Below are positions 20,772 to 31,049 of a stretch of DNA of 32,000 nucleotides, piece after piece. Source of the stretch: Fastidiosibacter lacustris (GTDB taxonomy: Bacteria; Pseudomonadota; Gammaproteobacteria; Francisellales; Francisellaceae); contig NZ_QLIR01000011.1 in assembly GCF_003428155.1 (NCBI RefSeq), positions 30,001 through 62,000 of the forward strand. The letters are read 5' to 3'. The stretch's first letter is position 1. Every line of letters begins with the position of its first letter. The translations under genes and the position numbers were made by a program. Under the pieces are notes generated by a model. The model was not told the DNA's origin. It made no database searches and saw only the letters and a list, made by a program, of their open reading frames with translations.

Positions 20772-22421
20772 ATGAAAATTTCCATAGTTCAATTAAATTA
20801 CGTTATTGCTGATTTTGACTATAACTTTGAAAAAATAAGTAAAGCAATATATACACATAAAGATTCAGATTTGATCGTTTTTTCTGAACTGTGTATTACA
20901 GGTTACTATCCATATGATTTGTTAACTTATCCTGAAATTATTGATAGGCAAAATGAAGTAATTCAAAGAATTAAAGATTTAACAAAAAAATTACAGGTTG
21001 CTGTTATAATAGGTGCAGCTACAACAGTTTCAGCGCTTAAAAAGTTTCATAATAGTGCACTTGTAATTGATAAAGGTGAACTTGTATTTAGTTATCATAA
21101 GCAATTAATTCCAAGTTATGGTGTATTTGATGAAGCACGGCATTTTATTCCAGCTAAAAATAACCCCGTATTTTCATTTAAAGGTCAAAGCATAGCACTT
21201 TTGGTATGTGAAGATATTTGGTATGACAATCATCAAGGCTATGATTATAATCCTATCGACGCTTTATCGTCGATAGGATTAGACGTCACTATTGTATTAA
21301 ATGCCTCACCATCGATGTTAGGCAAATTTCGACAACGCCAACGCATTGTGTCTAATATTGCCAATAAACTAAAGTCACCTATTATTTATAGCTCACAAGT
21401 TGGTGGTTATGATGAGCTTGTCTATGATGGCGCAAGTTTTATTTGTAATAAAAAGGGCGAGCTTATCGCTCTAGCAAAGCATTTTGAAGAGGATGTAATT
21501 AGTGTTGACTTGGCAAATTTACCTTCTACGATATTGCCTTATCCTTATCAGAATCAGCCATATGCTTTAGTTTTAAAGCAGCTTACCTGTGGGCTTTATG
21601 ATTATGTGCATAAATGTGGTTTTAAGGGTGTGGTTGTGGGCTCATCTGGTGGCATTGATAGTGCTTTGACACTTGCTATTGCAACTTTAGCATTAGGTAA
21701 AGAAAATGTAAAAGCCATTACGATGCCATCAGCTTATTCTTCAGCAGGCAGCGTTGATGACTCTGTTAAGCTATGCCACAATCTTGAAATTGAGTTATTT
21801 ATCCGTGAGATCAAAGAAGAATTCTTATTAACTTGTCAGAATTTTGAAAAGGCATTTGGGCATCTACCTAAAAAACTCACCCAAGAGAATATGCAAGCAC
21901 GCATTCGTGGACGCATTGTGATGGAATATTCTAATGACAGCGGATTTTTGATGCTTACAACAGGTAACAAAAGCGAGTTGGCGGTAGGTTATGCAACCCT
22001 CTATGGAGATATGTGTGGTGCGTTGAATTGCATAGGTGATTTGTATAAACACGACGTTTATGCGTTAGCTGAATATATCAATCAATGTTATGGTGAGCTT
22101 ATCCCCAAAGCGATCATTGATAAAGCCCCATCTGCGGAACTTTCAGAAGGTCAGAAAGATTCGGATAGTTTACCGGATTACTACTATTTAGATGCTATGC
22201 TTAAACTCTATTTAGAACGTGATTTATTGCAAGAAACAGAAATTAAGCATCTACAAAAAATCGTTGATAAAGTGGATATAAAAGAGCAAAAACGCATTTA
22301 TAAAATGGTGGAATTTGCTGAATTTAAACGTAAGCAAGCACCACAAATTCTGTTTATTCAACGTCGACCTTTTGGAATAGGGCGCAGAATGCCAGTAACA
22401 GCAAAATTTCAAAAGCAATAG
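20772..22421 (+). CDS. nadE: Glutamine-dependent NAD+ synthetase (nitrilase/amidase domain + synthetase domain)
   Basis: N-terminal nitrilase-type domain (LIVFSELCITGYYPYDLL, LLVCEDIWYDN, LNASPS) and C-terminal synthetase P-loop VVGSSGGIDSALTLAIA, LLTTGNKSELAVGYATLYGDMCGALN. Confidence 0.96.
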   Translation: MKISIVQLNYVIADFDYNFEKISKAIYTHKDSDLIVFSELCITGYYPYDLLTYPEIIDRQNEVIQRIKDLTKKLQVAVIIGAATTVSALKKFHNSALVIDKGELVFSYHKQLIPSYGVFDEARHFIPAKNNPVFSFKGQSIALLVCEDIWYDNHQGYDYNPIDALSSIGLDVTIVLNASPSMLGKFRQRQRIVSNIANKLKSPIIYSSQVGGYDELVYDGASFICNKKGELIALAKHFEEDVISVDLANLPSTILPYPYQNQPYALVLKQLTCGLYDYVHKCGFKGVVVGSSGGIDSALTLAIATLALGKENVKAITMPSAYSSAGSVDDSVKLCHNLEIELFIREIKEEFLLTCQNFEKAFGHLPKKLTQENMQARIRGRIVMEYSNDSGFLMLTTGNKSELAVGYATLYGDMCGALNCIGDLYKHDVYALAEYINQCYGELIPKAIIDKAPSAELSEGQKDSDSLPDYYYLDAMLKLYLERDLLQETEIKHLQKIVDKVDIKEQKRIYKMVEFAEFKRKQAPQILFIQRRPFGIGRRMPVTAKFQKQ

Positions 22422-22431
22422 GAGTTTTAAA

Positions 22432-22700
22432 TGAAAAAGGTAGCTGCGTTTGTATTATCATAAAATATGTTGATCTGTTAGATGAAATTGACAAGACCCA
22501 ATCACTTAAATATTTGAAAAAAGGTTAAATGATAAAGAATACTATAAAATATCAAAATACGATGGATTGGTAAGACAAAATTATATTACTTTATTTGCGA
22601 ATATCAGCATTCTTTAAATAAACTTGATAACCTTTTTACTAAAGGTTTAGAAATAACTCACAAAGATAGAAATAAAAAAGGCATCAAAATTTTATTGTGA
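22432..22700 (+). pseudogene. Possible decayed gene fragment(s) between nadE and the MFS gene
   Basis: TAGGAGTTTTAAATGAAAAAGGTAGCTGCG gives a good SD plus ATG, but the reading (MKKVAAFVLS*) stops after 10 codons. Shifted frames then read CIIIKYVDLLDEIDKTQSLKYLKKG* and IRWIGKTKLYYFICEYQHSLNKLDNLFTKGLEITHKDRNKKGIKILL* (to 22700). Confidence 0.25.
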
Positions 22701-22712
22701 CTGTGCTTTATC

Positions 22713-22737
22713 TCATTTAAGCTTGGAAGCTAAATGA
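22713..22737. repeat. Hairpin-forming inverted repeat TCATTTA(a)GCT-TGGA-AGCTAAATGA
   Basis: Direct reading: ten base pairs with one bulged A and a TGGA loop, about 27 bp upstream of the MFS start. No T-run follows on the plus strand. Confidence 0.45.
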
Positions 22738-22763
22738 TATAAAGATGAAAGTTAGAAACCACT

Positions 22764-24029
22764 ATGTCAGTTGACAAACCAAAATATGCCATGTTATTTA
22801 CTCCAATTTTAAGCATGTGTATTTTAACTATTGGTAATACTTTTTATACAACTTATACCACGCTTGAATTAGAGCGTATGGGGCAGAGTAATTTTATTGT
22901 GGGTTTGATCTCTGCTGCTTATTTTACTGGAATGGTGCTAGGTTCTTATTTTAGTCAAAAGCTTATTTTGCGAATAGGTTATATTCGAGCATATGTCCTA
23001 TTTGCAACTTTGATGGGGTTAGGCGCTATCTCACAGGGTATATTCTATGACGTACCCATTTGGGGAATATCACGTTTTATTTGTGGTTATGCACTTGCTG
23101 GGCTTTTTATCGTTGTTGAAGCATGGTGCTTAGAGGGAGCAGGTAAGAGTCACAAAGGACTTGTATTGTCGATTTATTTGTTTATTTATTATTTTGTCCA
23201 AGCAAGCGGACAATTTTTATTAAATATTCCATTTAACAGCGTGTTGATGACCTTTTGTGTGATTTCCATTTTGGCATCGATATCGATTATCCCAGTGTGT
23301 TTGACACGTTTTGAAATGCCAAAACAGGAGCATCCTAATCTGCTTTCACCTGTTATCCTTTATAAAAAAGCACCACTTGGTATGTGGACAGCGCTTGTTG
23401 CCGGGATGATATTAGGGAGTATTTATACGATTTATCCATTATTTCTAAAACAAGCAAAGATTCCCATTGAAAGCATTTCGTATCTGATGTTTGCCATTAT
23501 TCTTGGTGGTATGTTGCTTCAATTACCAATTGGTAAAATATCTGATTTAGTTGATCGCAGGATTGTGCTTGTATCAATGTTGATAGGCTCGGTGTTTATT
23601 TCCATTTTGATTTGTATCTTTCATAATAATTTTTGGCAACTTGCGATTTTTTCATTTATCCTAGGTGGACTTACTTTTACTTTTTACCCTTTGTCTATTA
23701 GCTATTCTAGCGATTATTTAAGTGCCGATCAGTTGATAGGTATCGTTGGGATTTTAGCACTTTCTTATGGGATGGGATCAATGATAGGACCGCTTGGTGT
23801 GACTTGGCTTATGTCCTTGTTTGGACCGTTTGGATTTTTTATTTATGTTGGTTTTGTTTGTTTATTGCTTATGACTTACACTTTATGGCGTATACGTGTG
23901 CGTCAAGCACCCAATAATAATGAGAAGGTTGCATTTCAAAGCATGGCTGCTGAAACTTCTGTGGCGATAGAAGTCGTTTATGAACAGCAGTTAATGGAAG
24001 AAAAAGAAGCCCCTGCTCATAAGCAATAA
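22764..24029 (+). CDS. MFS transporter, YcaD-like
   Basis: 12-TM-like hydrophobic pattern; LERMGQSNFIVGLISAAYFTGMVLGSYFSQKLILRIGYIRAYV, VVEAWCLEGAGKSHKGLVLSIYLFIYYFVQASGQFLL, LPIGKISDLVDRR. Confidence 0.85.
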   Translation: MSVDKPKYAMLFTPILSMCILTIGNTFYTTYTTLELERMGQSNFIVGLISAAYFTGMVLGSYFSQKLILRIGYIRAYVLFATLMGLGAISQGIFYDVPIWGISRFICGYALAGLFIVVEAWCLEGAGKSHKGLVLSIYLFIYYFVQASGQFLLNIPFNSVLMTFCVISILASISIIPVCLTRFEMPKQEHPNLLSPVILYKKAPLGMWTALVAGMILGSIYTIYPLFLKQAKIPIESISYLMFAIILGGMLLQLPIGKISDLVDRRIVLVSMLIGSVFISILICIFHNNFWQLAIFSFILGGLTFTFYPLSISYSSDYLSADQLIGIVGILALSYGMGSMIGPLGVTWLMSLFGPFGFFIYVGFVCLLLMTYTLWRIRVRQAPNNNEKVAFQSMAAETSVAIEVVYEQQLMEEKEAPAHKQ

Positions 24030-24050
24030 ACTCTGCAAAATGATTTTTGA

Positions 24051-25106
<1,056 letters not shown>

Positions 25107-25153
25107 TAGATAAAAAGATCAAAGAAAATATAAAAAAATAAAAAGGTTTAAAA

Positions 25154-27535
25154 ATGAAATTCAGTCATCAATGGTTGAGCAATTATTTGGATGAAAGCCC
25201 CACAGTGAGTGTGCTTAAGGAAAAACTCACCACAGCAGGATTAGAAGTCGATTCAATTGAGGCGGTCGCACCACCTTTTAGTGGTGTTGTTGTAGCAGAA
25301 ATTAAAAGTATTGAAAAACATCGAGCTGCCGATAAGTTAAATATTTGCCAAGTAGATATTGGTGAAGATGAGCTATTGACTATCGTTTGTGGAGCAGGAA
25401 ATGTTTACGCCGGAATGAAAGCACCACTGGCAAAAATTGGAGCACGGTTGCCTGGTGATTTTAAAATCAAAAAAAGTGAGCTTAGAGGGCAAGAGTCTTT
25501 TGGTATGTTGTGCTCGGAAAAAGAGCTAGGCATAAGTGAAGAAAGTGAAGGTTTAATGGACTTACCTATTGACGCCCCTATTGGTATAGATATACGCCAG
25601 TATTTACAGTTGGACGATGATGTTATAGAAGTCGACTTAACGCCAAATCGCGCCGATTGTTTAAGTGTTTATGGTATTGCTAGAGAAGTGTCAGCCTTAA
25701 CAAGTTCAAAATTAATAAAATTACCAGTAGTTGAATTACAAGCAACACAAAAAGCATCTAAAACCATAATAAGCCAAGCAAGCACACTTTGTCCGCGCTA
25801 TTTTGGACGAATGATTAAAAGCGTTAATACTAAAGCTACAACACCTTTGTGGATGAAAGAGCGGTTACGTCGTTCAGGTTTGCGTTCAATTTCAGTTATT
25901 GTAGATATTACCAATTACGTTCTACTTGAACTTGGTCAGCCGATGCACGCATTTGATGCTGATAAACTAACAGGTAGTGTTTATACACGTATGGCAAAAG
26001 AGGGTGAGAAGATTATTTTGCTAGATGAGACTGAGGTGACTTTAAAAAGCAATACGCTTGTTATTGCTGATGATAACAAAGTGTTGGCAATTGCAGGTGT
26101 GATGGGTGGGCTTTATTCTTCGGTGACGGAAAACAGCAAGACTATATTCTTAGAAAGTGCTTATTTTACACCAGAGGCAATCGCAGGAAAAGCGCGTCAA
26201 TATGGACTTCACACCGATTCATCTCATCGATTTGAACGTGGTGTAGATCCTAATCTTTGTGCATATGCAATTGATTATGCAACTTATCTTATTCTTGATA
26301 TTGCTGGTGGAGAAATAGAAGATCTAGCAGTTGCAGATCACTATGTTGATGAAAACAAAATAATAACTTTGCGTTTGAGCAAGATTAATTCTATTTTAGG
26401 GATGAATTTTGAGACAAGTTATGTTGAGCAAATACTTCAATCATTGAATATCTCTATCAATAAATTATCACAAGATGCAAATGAAACACTTTGGCAGGTA
26501 ATCCCGCCAAGCTATCGTTTTGATATAGCAATTGAAGAAGACTTGATTGAAGAGGTTGGTCGTATTTATGGCTATCAAAACTTACCGATGAGTTTACCAG
26601 AAGTATCTTTGATACAACAGCAGGTATCTGAACAGGTAGTGGCGCTTAATCGTTTAAAAATAGTTTTGGTTGATCGTGGTTATCATGAGGTAGTGAATTA
26701 CAGTTTTATCGACCCTAAACTAGATGCTTTATTTTTTAACCAGGCGGGACTTACATTACAAAACCCAATTTCACAAGATATGTCAGTGATGCGCCAAGGT
26801 CTGATTCCTGGGTTAGTCAGTACTTTTAAGTTCAACTTAAACCGTCAACAGTCACGCATACGCATTTTTGAAGAAGGAGTGTGCTTTCAACCAGCTGAGC
26901 AGCTGGCACATGAATATTTGCATTTTGCAGGTCTTGCTTATGGCAATATCAATCCACTGAATTGGCAAGAAACAACTTTAGCAGACTTCTATTCTGTTAA
27001 AGCCGATGTGGAGGCGTTACTACAACTTAATAAAAAGTCGATTAATTATGTTACATGTGAAGATATCGATTGGTTGCACCCAGGTCAGTCTGCTTATATT
27101 TACCAAAACGGCGAGCAAGTTGGTGTGATTGGTATTTTGCATCCAAATATTATGAAAGTCATGCAGATTAAGGGGAAATCACCTGTCGTATTTGAGCTGC
27201 AAACTAGCAAAATTTCAAATCGAGATATTGCTAAGTTCATGGCAATTTCAAAATATCCAGCGGTTTCACGTGACATTGCGGTGATTGTTGATCGAAATAC
27301 AACAGCTCAAAGGTTAATCGATGCAGTGAATAAAGCAAATGTATCACATTTGAATCAAGTGGATTTATTTGACATCTATCAAGGCGAAAGCTTGCCTGAA
27401 GATAAGAAGAGTGTTGCTTTAAATTTAATATTTCAAGACAATACGCAAACGCTGACTGATGAAATGATGAATGAAGCAATTACTAAAATTCTTACCTCTT
27501 TAAAAACCCATGTGGATGCGAGTTTGCGTGAATAG
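25154..27535 (+). CDS. pheT: Phenylalanyl-tRNA synthetase beta subunit
   Basis: MKFSHQWLSNYLDESPTVSVLKEKLTTAGLEVDSIE, tRNA-binding domain, B3/B4, VDLTPNRADCLSVYGIAREVSAL, C-terminal anticodon-binding domain (FPAVSRDIAVIVDRN-type: KYPAVSRDIAVIVDRN). Confidence 0.97.
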   Translation: MKFSHQWLSNYLDESPTVSVLKEKLTTAGLEVDSIEAVAPPFSGVVVAEIKSIEKHRAADKLNICQVDIGEDELLTIVCGAGNVYAGMKAPLAKIGARLPGDFKIKKSELRGQESFGMLCSEKELGISEESEGLMDLPIDAPIGIDIRQYLQLDDDVIEVDLTPNRADCLSVYGIAREVSALTSSKLIKLPVVELQATQKASKTIISQASTLCPRYFGRMIKSVNTKATTPLWMKERLRRSGLRSISVIVDITNYVLLELGQPMHAFDADKLTGSVYTRMAKEGEKIILLDETEVTLKSNTLVIADDNKVLAIAGVMGGLYSSVTENSKTIFLESAYFTPEAIAGKARQYGLHTDSSHRFERGVDPNLCAYAIDYATYLILDIAGGEIEDLAVADHYVDENKIITLRLSKINSILGMNFETSYVEQILQSLNISINKLSQDANETLWQVIPPSYRFDIAIEEDLIEEVGRIYGYQNLPMSLPEVSLIQQQVSEQVVALNRLKIVLVDRGYHEVVNYSFIDPKLDALFFNQAGLTLQNPISQDMSVMRQGLIPGLVSTFKFNLNRQQSRIRIFEEGVCFQPAEQLAHEYLHFAGLAYGNINPLNWQETTLADFYSVKADVEALLQLNKKSINYVTCEDIDWLHPGQSAYIYQNGEQVGVIGILHPNIMKVMQIKGKSPVVFELQTSKISNRDIAKFMAISKYPAVSRDIAVIVDRNTTAQRLIDAVNKANVSHLNQVDLFDIYQGESLPEDKKSVALNLIFQDNTQTLTDEMMNEAITKILTSLKTHVDASLRE

Positions 27536-27541
27536 GGTTAG

Positions 27542-28063
27542 TTAATAACAGTACTCAATTGCTTTGAAAATTCCCTGTATGATTTGAACAGGTGAAGGAG
27601 GGCACCCTTTGACAACTACATCCACTGGAATAATCCCTTGAATTCCTCCTTCAACCGCATAACTGTCTTTAAAAACGCCTCCACAATGCGCACAATCACC
27701 TATAGCTAGAACTAACTTTGGATGAGGCATGGCCTCATAGGTTTTAACAAGCGCATCACGCATATTTTTGGTTATAGGACCTGTCACAAATAACATGTCG
27801 GCATGACGGGGACTTGCAACAAATCGTATACCATAGCTCTCAAGGTTATAAAAGGGATTGTTAGTTGCATGAACTTCAAGTTCGCAGGCATTACAAGAGC
27901 CGGCATCCACCATACGAATAGCAAGTGCTTTACCAAAACGTTGAGCAATTCTTTTTTCAAGTATCTTGCCAACTATTTCTAGATCATCAATATCATTAAC
28001 TATAGGGTTTATTTTTTCACTTTTAATACCTGTTTTAAGTAACTTTTTTGTAAACTTCCACAT
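27542..28063 (-). CDS. hyfI: HyfI/HycG/NuoB-like FeS subunit of a hydrogenase-4/Ehr-type complex
   Basis: SCNACELEVHATNNPFYNLESYGIRFVASPRHADMLFVTGPITKNMRDAL...LAIGDCAHCGGVF...PVDVVVKGCPPSP: cluster ligands CxxCE, GDC and GCPP all present. Confidence 0.92.
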   Translation of the reverse strand: MWKFTKKLLKTGIKSEKINPIVNDIDDLEIVGKILEKRIAQRFGKALAIRMVDAGSCNACELEVHATNNPFYNLESYGIRFVASPRHADMLFVTGPITKNMRDALVKTYEAMPHPKLVLAIGDCAHCGGVFKDSYAVEGGIQGIIPVDVVVKGCPPSPVQIIQGIFKAIEYCY

Positions 28064-28065
28064 GA

Positions 28066-29592
28066 TTAGCTGTCCTCACCACTGTAGCTTAAGTTAAAAG
28101 ATTTATTAATAAGTGGAAAATCAGCAACGATATTATTCATAACAGCATGACTTAATGCAGGCCAGTTTTGCCATGAAGGATCGTGGAAATGGCACCATGA
28201 AACTTTAGTATCATGAAGTTGGACTGCAATACATATAGGGCCTCTCCAACTCTCTACGCACATAATACTGATCTTTTCTGTTGAGGATTGATCTATGTCA
28301 AGTGCTTGTGTACAGTTATTGAATCCTAATTGCAAAAATTGTTCAATCATATCAATGCTTTGTAAGCATTCACGAAAACGCACATATACGCGTGCAGCGA
28401 CATCACCTGTTTCTGCCGTTATAGGTGTAAAATCAATTTCAGAATAAGGATAAAGTGTGCAGGATGCCCTGGCATCGATAGCAATGCCAGATGCCTTTGC
28501 GATTATACCTAAAACACCTAAAGATTGAGCAAGAGTATGCGTTAAAATACCGGTTGTTTTCAAGCGATCTTGAAGTCCATGGTGATCATGATAAATCTGC
28601 TCTAATTGGAACAACTGCTTTTTTACATCATTAAGGTGGTTGAGTAAATCATGTACTATAGATTTATCCCACATAGTCATATACTGTTGTGGGGAGATGG
28701 CATCCATCATATATCGATGATGTGTTAGCAGTTTATTCTCACGTACAAGTTTTTCTTTTAAGATGGAGAATTGCATTGCTAAGCTGATAAAACCGGTGTC
28801 GTTAATAATAGCACCAATATCACCGATGTGGTTAATCAAGCGTTCGCGTTCAAGTAAAATAGCACGTATACATTTTGTTTTAGCATCTATTTCAAAGCCA
28901 AGCTGCTTCTCACAAGCAAGTGCAAAAGCATAAGCATAAGCTACAGTAGTGTCACCACTTACTCTTCCAAGTAAAGAAGCTGCTTCTGACATGCTTTTAT
29001 TGATAAGTAAAGAATGAATGCCTTTATGTGTGTATCCCAATCGATCTTCTAGTTTTAAAATTCGCTCACCAACGATAGAAAAACGAAAGTGTCCAGGTTC
29101 GATAATTCCTGCATGCACAGGACCTACTGGAATTTCATGGACTCCTTCTCCTGAGACTTTGTTAAAAACATAATGTAATTTGGCAAAGCGACTTGATTTG
29201 CTGTAGGGATTTAAAATTCCCATTTTGAAATGACCATGATTTAGCCATGCACGTTTATCTTTTGCTTTTTTTGTTGGAATTTTGGTTAAATCGTGGATAG
29301 CTCTGTGTAATCTCTCATTTATAGGAAAGGCTTCACTTAAATCAATAAGCATTGGTCGTTTTGGATTTAGTCGAGACACAATGCAGAGCCAGTAGGCTTG
29401 ATAATAATACAATACATACCAGTTCGTTTCATTTGAAGAGGAGTCAAAAGCAATCCATTCTGTAAGCAAAAGACCATTTTGAGATTTAATTTCTTTAGCA
29501 AGAGGATATTGTAACCTAATATCAACAGATAAATATTGATAAGCCTTGATGTTATTAAAGTGTAAAAGATCATTCAGCATTGTTTTATTCAT
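28066..29592 (-). CDS. hyfG: HyfG/HycE/NuoCD-like large subunit lacking NiFe-binding cysteines
   Basis: Core VGPVHAGIIEPGHFRFSIVGERILKLEDRLGYTHKGIHSLL...GRVSGDTTVAYAYAFALACE...ETGDVAARVYVRFRE...VESWRGP...HDPSWQNWPALSHAVMNNIVADFPLINKSFNLSYSGEDS, with an N-terminal degenerate NuoC-like region. Confidence 0.92.
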   Translation of the reverse strand: MNKTMLNDLLHFNNIKAYQYLSVDIRLQYPLAKEIKSQNGLLLTEWIAFDSSSNETNWYVLYYYQAYWLCIVSRLNPKRPMLIDLSEAFPINERLHRAIHDLTKIPTKKAKDKRAWLNHGHFKMGILNPYSKSSRFAKLHYVFNKVSGEGVHEIPVGPVHAGIIEPGHFRFSIVGERILKLEDRLGYTHKGIHSLLINKSMSEAASLLGRVSGDTTVAYAYAFALACEKQLGFEIDAKTKCIRAILLERERLINHIGDIGAIINDTGFISLAMQFSILKEKLVRENKLLTHHRYMMDAISPQQYMTMWDKSIVHDLLNHLNDVKKQLFQLEQIYHDHHGLQDRLKTTGILTHTLAQSLGVLGIIAKASGIAIDARASCTLYPYSEIDFTPITAETGDVAARVYVRFRECLQSIDMIEQFLQLGFNNCTQALDIDQSSTEKISIMCVESWRGPICIAVQLHDTKVSWCHFHDPSWQNWPALSHAVMNNIVADFPLINKSFNLSYSGEDS

Positions 29593-31049
29593 GACTTTCC
29601 ACCTATGATGGAATATATAGCAGAATCAAGTAAGAAAATAGGCATATAAAGTCCTGCTATGATAACCAATATCAAATGAGCTCCCACTGTCCAGTAAATA
29701 TGTTTTGTATTTTTTAAATGAGTGATGGGAGTGTTTAATTGTCCAAAAAACAATGGCTGAGTTTTTAATAGTATGGCTAAAAATGCGAGTATCAGTCCTA
29801 CGACAAGCAAAATCATAAGACCAATATTAGCCTCCATTGCTGCTAGAATCAGTAGTAATTCACTTATAAACAATCCCGATGGTGGTAAACCAAGAATAGC
29901 CAAAAAAGAGATTAAAAATAAACTTGCGGTTATAGGAGATTTTTCAAATAATGCACGAATTTTTTGTAGTACTTGAGTATGAAATTGCTGAATTACTGTA
30001 CCAGATATTAAGAGCAAAGCAGTTTTAACTAAGGCATGTATCCAGATGTGTAGTATCGCTGTAAGTAATGCAAGCCTGTTGCCAATTCCAATTGCAATGC
30101 TGATAAGTCCCATGTGTTCAATTGAAGAGTATGCTAACAAGCGATTAAGTGTTCGTTGGCGAAATAGTGATAGGGCTGCAAAAAATAAGCTGATAAAGCC
30201 AAAGGTTAAGAAAAGGTAACAAGGAAAATTAATTAAGCCTGCGTTGGCAAATAATAGCTTAAACTTGAGCAAGGCAAATAACGCTAAATTAAGCAAAGCG
30301 CCTGATGATAAGGCATTTACCATTGGGTATCCTTCGGCATAGGCATCTGGCAACCAATTGTGTAATGGGACGAATCCGACTTTAGTACCATAACCAACAA
30401 AAAGAAATACAAAGCTGATGCTTAATAATTTGGCAGGAATTTGAGAGATATTTGTCATTAATTTTGTCCATAGTAAGCCTTCTTCTCCCAGACCATGAGT
30501 ATAAGCACCAAAATATAAAATCACAGTACCAAGTAGTGCAAACCCAATACCTACGCCGCATAAAATCAAATATTTCCATGAAGCTTCTAGCGCTTGTGGG
30601 GTTTGTCTTAATCCGACTAATGCAATACTGGAGATAGTAGCAAGTTCCATGGCAATCCACATCATGCCGATATTATTACTGAGTAATACAATCAGCATGC
30701 CTAGCAAGAACAATTGGTAAGTCGTATGATAAAAGCGATAAACTAAAGGATGTAAATGTGTTTTATTTTCATTATCCAGATAGCTAATGCTATAAAAACT
30801 TGTGCTCATTCCAATAAAGCTGCTAAGTATAATAAAAAGGACATTCAGTTTGTCACACATAAACCAGTCTTTGAAAAAAAATAGTGCTGTATCTTCAACA
30901 TATATTACATAGCCTAAAATAATGCTTATGATAAAGCTTAAACTGCATAATATAGCATTTACATGAGTCGCATATTTCCTGTTTTCTATCCAAGGCAATA
31001 GGACTAAAGCAATAACAGAAGGCAAGAGTAATAGCGTAATCAAGTTCAT
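29589..31049 (-). CDS. hyfF: HyfF-like proton-pumping membrane subunit (NuoL/M/N, Mrp antiporter family)
   Basis: MWIAMELATISSIALVGL, YGTKVGFVPLHNWLPDAYAEG, LLAYSSIEHMGLISIAIG, KTALLLISG, FLAILGLPPSGLFISELL. 4-bp overlap with hyfG. Confidence 0.92.
   Translation of the reverse strand: MNLITLLLLPSVIALVLLPWIENRKYATHVNAILCSLSFIISIILGYVIYVEDTALFFFKDWFMCDKLNVLFIILSSFIGMSTSFYSISYLDNENKTHLHPLVYRFYHTTYQLFLLGMLIVLLSNNIGMMWIAMELATISSIALVGLRQTPQALEASWKYLILCGVGIGFALLGTVILYFGAYTHGLGEEGLLWTKLMTNISQIPAKLLSISFVFLFVGYGTKVGFVPLHNWLPDAYAEGYPMVNALSSGALLNLALFALLKFKLLFANAGLINFPCYLFLTFGFISLFFAALSLFRQRTLNRLLAYSSIEHMGLISIAIGIGNRLALLTAILHIWIHALVKTALLLISGTVIQQFHTQVLQKIRALFEKSPITASLFLISFLAILGLPPSGLFISELLLILAAMEANIGLMILLVVGLILAFLAILLKTQPLFFGQLNTPITHLKNTKHIYWTVGAHLILVIIAGLYMPIFLLDSAIYSIIGGKS

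Noticed and set aside
29773-29976. Plus-strand ORF of 67 aa inside hyfF (also 30452..30637 and minus 30382..30660)
   Set aside because: Antisense or alternative-frame shadow of strongly supported coding sequence, with no recognisable motif.
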